From: Methanomethylovorans hollandica DSM 15978
GTDB taxonomy: Archaea > Halobacteriota > Methanosarcinia > Methanosarcinales > Methanosarcinaceae
DNA: 64,000 bases
Reading direction: 5' to 3'
Assembly: GCF_000328665.1 (NCBI RefSeq)
Contig: NC_019972.1
Location: forward strand, 62,001 to 126,000
The first letter of the stretch is position 1. Each line of letters opens with the position of its first letter. The position numbers and the translations under genes were made by a program. Positions 60,740 to 64,000 of this stretch are shown here, in pieces. A model generated the notes under the pieces. The model did no database searches. It was not told the origin of the DNA and saw only the letters and a program-made list of their open reading frames with translations.

Positions 60740-62062
60740 ATGCCCATAACACTTGACAATTCTTCCAAAGAGATCCTGATCGAGAATATGACCATTTCAA
60801 ATCCTGATGTCTTTAATTTTCTATGTGATAAGGATAACAGGGAAGAATGGATCGAGAGAGCCTTGATAGTCGGGTGTGCGGGACTCAAGCAGATGATCCT
60901 GACCGATAATGTGGACTATGTGGAAAAGAAGTTCAATGACTTTTTGCAGCAGGCCAGGGATGTTTTTAAGGAGCAGTCTGAAGAGGTCACGCAGAAGATC
61001 GATGATACTTTCAGCCTGGAGAAGAACACGAGTCCTCTCTACAAGCTTCAAAGCCTGATCCTGGATTATTTTGATGAGGATAACGGCAAGTTCAAGGTCC
61101 TGGTGGATGGATATTTCAATAAGGATGGTGGCGAGGTCCGCAAGCTTCTGGACCAGTCCTTTGACCTTAAGAACACTGACAGTCCTTTCTACCAGCTGAT
61201 CAAGAACATTGAAGAGGCCACAGGCAAAGATGAGAATGCCATAAAAGAGCTCCTGGACCCTCACAAGACAGATTCCCCGGCTGAAAAGCTCAAAAGGGAG
61301 ATATTCCTGAAATTCAAGGAACTCAAAGAGCAGGAAATGCAACAGCTGAATGAAAGGATCAAGGAGATGAGAGAGCAGGAGCTTAAAGATATCCGGGACG
61401 TAGTGCTCAAGGCAGAGGCGGTTGCAGAGGAAAAAGAAAGAGGAACTGCTAAAGGTTTTGACTTTGAAGAGCTTGTCTACAACTCGCTCCTGGAGATGAG
61501 TTCAAGCTTTGAGGATGAAGTAGAAGCGGTTGGCAGATCTGCAGGTAGGTCAGCCAAGAAAGGAGATATTGTCATTGATATCGATGGTGATGAAAAGTGC
61601 AGGATAGTTGTCGAATGTAAAGACGCCGGAGGCTATACTGCAAAAAAGACCATGGAAGAGATCAATGAGGCCATAGACAACAGGAACGCTGCCTATGGAA
61701 TATTCCTCTTTGCCAAGCAAGAGCAAATGCCCAGCCAATTCAACTGTGTCAAGATCACAGATTCATACCTAATAACATACATGGATAATGAGAACCTGCA
61801 CTTTGCCTACAGGCTTGCAAGAACGCTGCTAAAACATCAGCAAACACATACATATTCAGTTGAGACAGCCAAGATCTCCTCAGAGGTCCAGAAGATAGAG
61901 GAACTTATCAAGAATATCAACACTATGCAAGGCAAGGTTACCCAGATCATCAACTCAGGCGAGTACCTCAAGGTGGAGCTTAAGAAATTGTATGAGGGCG
62001 TGGACTTCAGTCTGAACAGGATAGATTCATATCTGGGGAGTGAGAAGGCTGTTGCGGAGTAA
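60740..62062 (+). CDS. coiled-coil protein with PD-(D/E)XK domain (RmuC/DUF2130-like layout)
   Basis: KGFDFEE..KGDIVI..VVECKD between coiled coils. Confidence 0.65.
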   Translation: MPITLDNSSKEILIENMTISNPDVFNFLCDKDNREEWIERALIVGCAGLKQMILTDNVDYVEKKFNDFLQQARDVFKEQSEEVTQKIDDTFSLEKNTSPLYKLQSLILDYFDEDNGKFKVLVDGYFNKDGGEVRKLLDQSFDLKNTDSPFYQLIKNIEEATGKDENAIKELLDPHKTDSPAEKLKREIFLKFKELKEQEMQQLNERIKEMREQELKDIRDVVLKAEAVAEEKERGTAKGFDFEELVYNSLLEMSSSFEDEVEAVGRSAGRSAKKGDIVIDIDGDEKCRIVVECKDAGGYTAKKTMEEINEAIDNRNAAYGIFLFAKQEQMPSQFNCVKITDSYLITYMDNENLHFAYRLARTLLKHQQTHTYSVETAKISSEVQKIEELIKNINTMQGKVTQIINSGEYLKVELKKLYEGVDFSLNRIDSYLGSEKAVAE

Positions 62063-62143
62063 AAATATCATTAACAACTGATTTAGGTTACTTTATTTTA
62101 TTCTTGAAAAACAAGTATTCATACAAAACATCAATATGTTTAT

Positions 62144-62368
62144 ATGCATAAGACTCGAAACTACTATAGTATGAAAAGTGCTCATATTTTCAAAAATCCT
62201 CGCAGATCAGGAAGTAAAAAGGATGCGCCAAAAACAATATATCCTTCAGAGGATTCTTTGGATCCGGCATTTGTTAAAGAGGTCGAGCACAGAAGACAAG
62301 AAGTCCAGAATGGAAAAGGTATTAGATTTGATACCGCAGAAGACCTTTTTACAAACCTTGAAAAATGA
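62144..62368 (+). CDS. putative antitoxin
   Basis: Small ORF ending GKGIRFDTAEDLF; ATGA overlap with the toxin. Confidence 0.65.
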   Translation: MHKTRNYYSMKSAHIFKNPRRSGSKKDAPKTIYPSEDSLDPAFVKEVEHRRQEVQNGKGIRFDTAEDLFTNLEK

Positions 62369-62628
62369 CTTATCAGATCATCTTATCTCCTGATTTTGAG
62401 AAAGATACAAAAGTCTTATTTAAAAAGGATCCTGCTCTATATGATCGTTTTAAGAAAACGGTTTATAATATATTGGAAAATCCGTTTTGTGGAAAGCCAC
62501 TACGCAATGTGCTAAAAGGGCTTCGCAGAGTTCATGTTGGGCACTTTGTACTCATATACGAACTCGATGAAACCCATAGGACTATCACACTTTTGAGCTT
62601 CACACATCACGATAAAGCATATAAATAA
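62365..62628 (+). CDS. RelE/ParE-superfamily toxin
   Basis: ENPFCGKPLRNVLKGLRRVHVGHFVLIYE..HHDKAY. Confidence 0.88.
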   Translation: MTYQIILSPDFEKDTKVLFKKDPALYDRFKKTVYNILENPFCGKPLRNVLKGLRRVHVGHFVLIYELDETHRTITLLSFTHHDKAYK

Positions 62629-62694
62629 CAAAAAACGCTATGCTTAAGTATGTTTTCACAAATTCGTATCTTCTCTATTTTTGATGGTGTAAAA

Positions 62695-63825
62695 TCACAT
62701 TATATTGTAAAACTTTGTATTATAGATCTCAGCTATTTCCTTTTCTGCTTCAGGTACCAGCAGTTTGGTCACCATGGAGATAGAGCAAGAATCCAGGTCC
62801 ATGAAAATCTTTGCGTTTTCCACTGCGGTAGATTTTGCAGAAAAAGAGCTCATGATATCCGATAGGTTCTCTCTTGTTATTGTTTCGGTCTGATCAGAAT
62901 AAGTCTTTGTTTCCAAAAGGACAACGCACGGTTTCTGCACAATGTGCACTGCGATTATTTCTGGTCTCAACCACCGGGAATGCCTTTGTCGCAGTTCATG
63001 TACGATATTGGATGACATGGGATAATCTTTCACAAAAGCAACAATCTTATTGACCTCATCCATGATGTTGTGGATAATTTGCATGCGCAGATTCACACTG
63101 CCCTCATATTCCAGAGCTTTTTCTATGGAAACTGCCCTGAAAACTGCATTATCCATCTCCTCAGATGCACTTTCGACGTGGGTGAAGAACAGTCTCCACA
63201 ATGCAAGCAAAGAAAGTTCCGAGTTGTACGGGACGATCTCCATTACAGAAAGAGCGAATTTCAGGTATGCCTCCAGATCTTTAAGCGTTTTTGTAACTTC
63301 AACGATATCCGAGGAAATACCCAGGTTCATTTTGTTGCTCATCCTGTAATTCATCTCTTTGCCATACTCCTGCTCCATGCGAAGAAGGAGATTCTCAGTA
63401 TCTGCTCCGTAGAATGCATTGAATACCTGTATTGCAGCTTTCCTGTAAGCTTCTGCCCACTCCTTAGCAGGAGTATCAAAATACCCCGGATAATGAGGAT
63501 TAGGCACAAAGAACCATCCGGCGTGGACATGCATCTTTTTGAAATCATCAATGGTAAAGTCGCATTGCAGATCATTCTTCTGCAGATATTCAGCGAAGAA
63601 TTCGAGCTTTTGCTCATGACTGCTCAGGTAAGTTTCATAGTTGTTGTCATATTGGATGTACTTTTCATCAGGCGAGTAGTCTTGCTGCAGGTAAGTGGTT
63701 ATCGAGAACTCGATGGAATTGTCGAATGCTATACAGGCCATTGCCCTGTCAAAAGCAGTATCTTTTTTGAAATGCCATTCAGCCTGTGCTAATATTTCCA
63801 GAGAATCATATGGATATCTGTTCAT
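62695..63825 (-). CDS. hypothetical protein, N-terminus possibly HEPN-like
   Basis: DRAMACIAFDNSIEFSITTYL helix; no RxxxxH; GGAGG RBS. Confidence 0.55.
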   Translation of the reverse strand: MNRYPYDSLEILAQAEWHFKKDTAFDRAMACIAFDNSIEFSITTYLQQDYSPDEKYIQYDNNYETYLSSHEQKLEFFAEYLQKNDLQCDFTIDDFKKMHVHAGWFFVPNPHYPGYFDTPAKEWAEAYRKAAIQVFNAFYGADTENLLLRMEQEYGKEMNYRMSNKMNLGISSDIVEVTKTLKDLEAYLKFALSVMEIVPYNSELSLLALWRLFFTHVESASEEMDNAVFRAVSIEKALEYEGSVNLRMQIIHNIMDEVNKIVAFVKDYPMSSNIVHELRQRHSRWLRPEIIAVHIVQKPCVVLLETKTYSDQTETITRENLSDIMSSFSAKSTAVENAKIFMDLDSCSISMVTKLLVPEAEKEIAEIYNTKFYNIM

Positions 63826-64000
63826 TTTTAACCCTCCAGCCCTGAAAGAAAGACAATGTATGTTTTTCATCGTTTTTTTGGTAATGATTTATATTTATGA
63901 GTTAATAGATAGTATATTATAGTGAATAGTAAGTATATAATTTTATCTATTTGTGTTTACAATTTAAGAGTATATCTAAAACGAATGTATATGAAGACTA

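Noticed and set aside
1..64000. CRISPR array, tRNA or rRNA genes
   Set aside because: No regularly spaced repeats or recognisable RNA genes seen by eye; the Cas4-like gene has no cas1/cas2

Overview
AT-rich archaeal DNA. DUF1699, PGF-CTERM tails, an EarA-like regulator and the IS1/ISH3/IS605 types point to a Methanosarcinaceae-like methanogen (inference). I found no housekeeping genes, rRNA, tRNA or CRISPR array, and the content looks like a plasmid or genomic island. All family calls come from motif recognition, with no database search. (1) 1-16.3 kb: VirB11/CpaF-like ATPase, two IS605/TnpB elements, a haloarchaeal-type rdfA + Sph (SMC-like) operon, an M50 protease and a degenerate MCM-like gene. 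(2) 16.9-30.3 kb: a modular ABC-export cluster with a shared promoter motif and two copies of a covarying structured 5' leader. (3) 31-38 kb, the best candidate for an undescribed system: a putative archaeal circular-bacteriocin locus. It has two duplicated 66-aa gassericin-A-like precursors, SpoIIM/DUF95, a candidate immunity protein, an EarA-like activator with TACATA boxes, and a Yip1/COG1361/MacB-type ABC module. (4) 38.3-64 kb: a defence island with a prokaryotic viperin, a 521-aa Cas4-like/Myb-repeat fusion that appears only after two IS insertions are removed, a SNF2-DUF4391-Mod-Res type III RM locus with a collapsed mod/res remnant, other nucleases and a RelBE-like pair.
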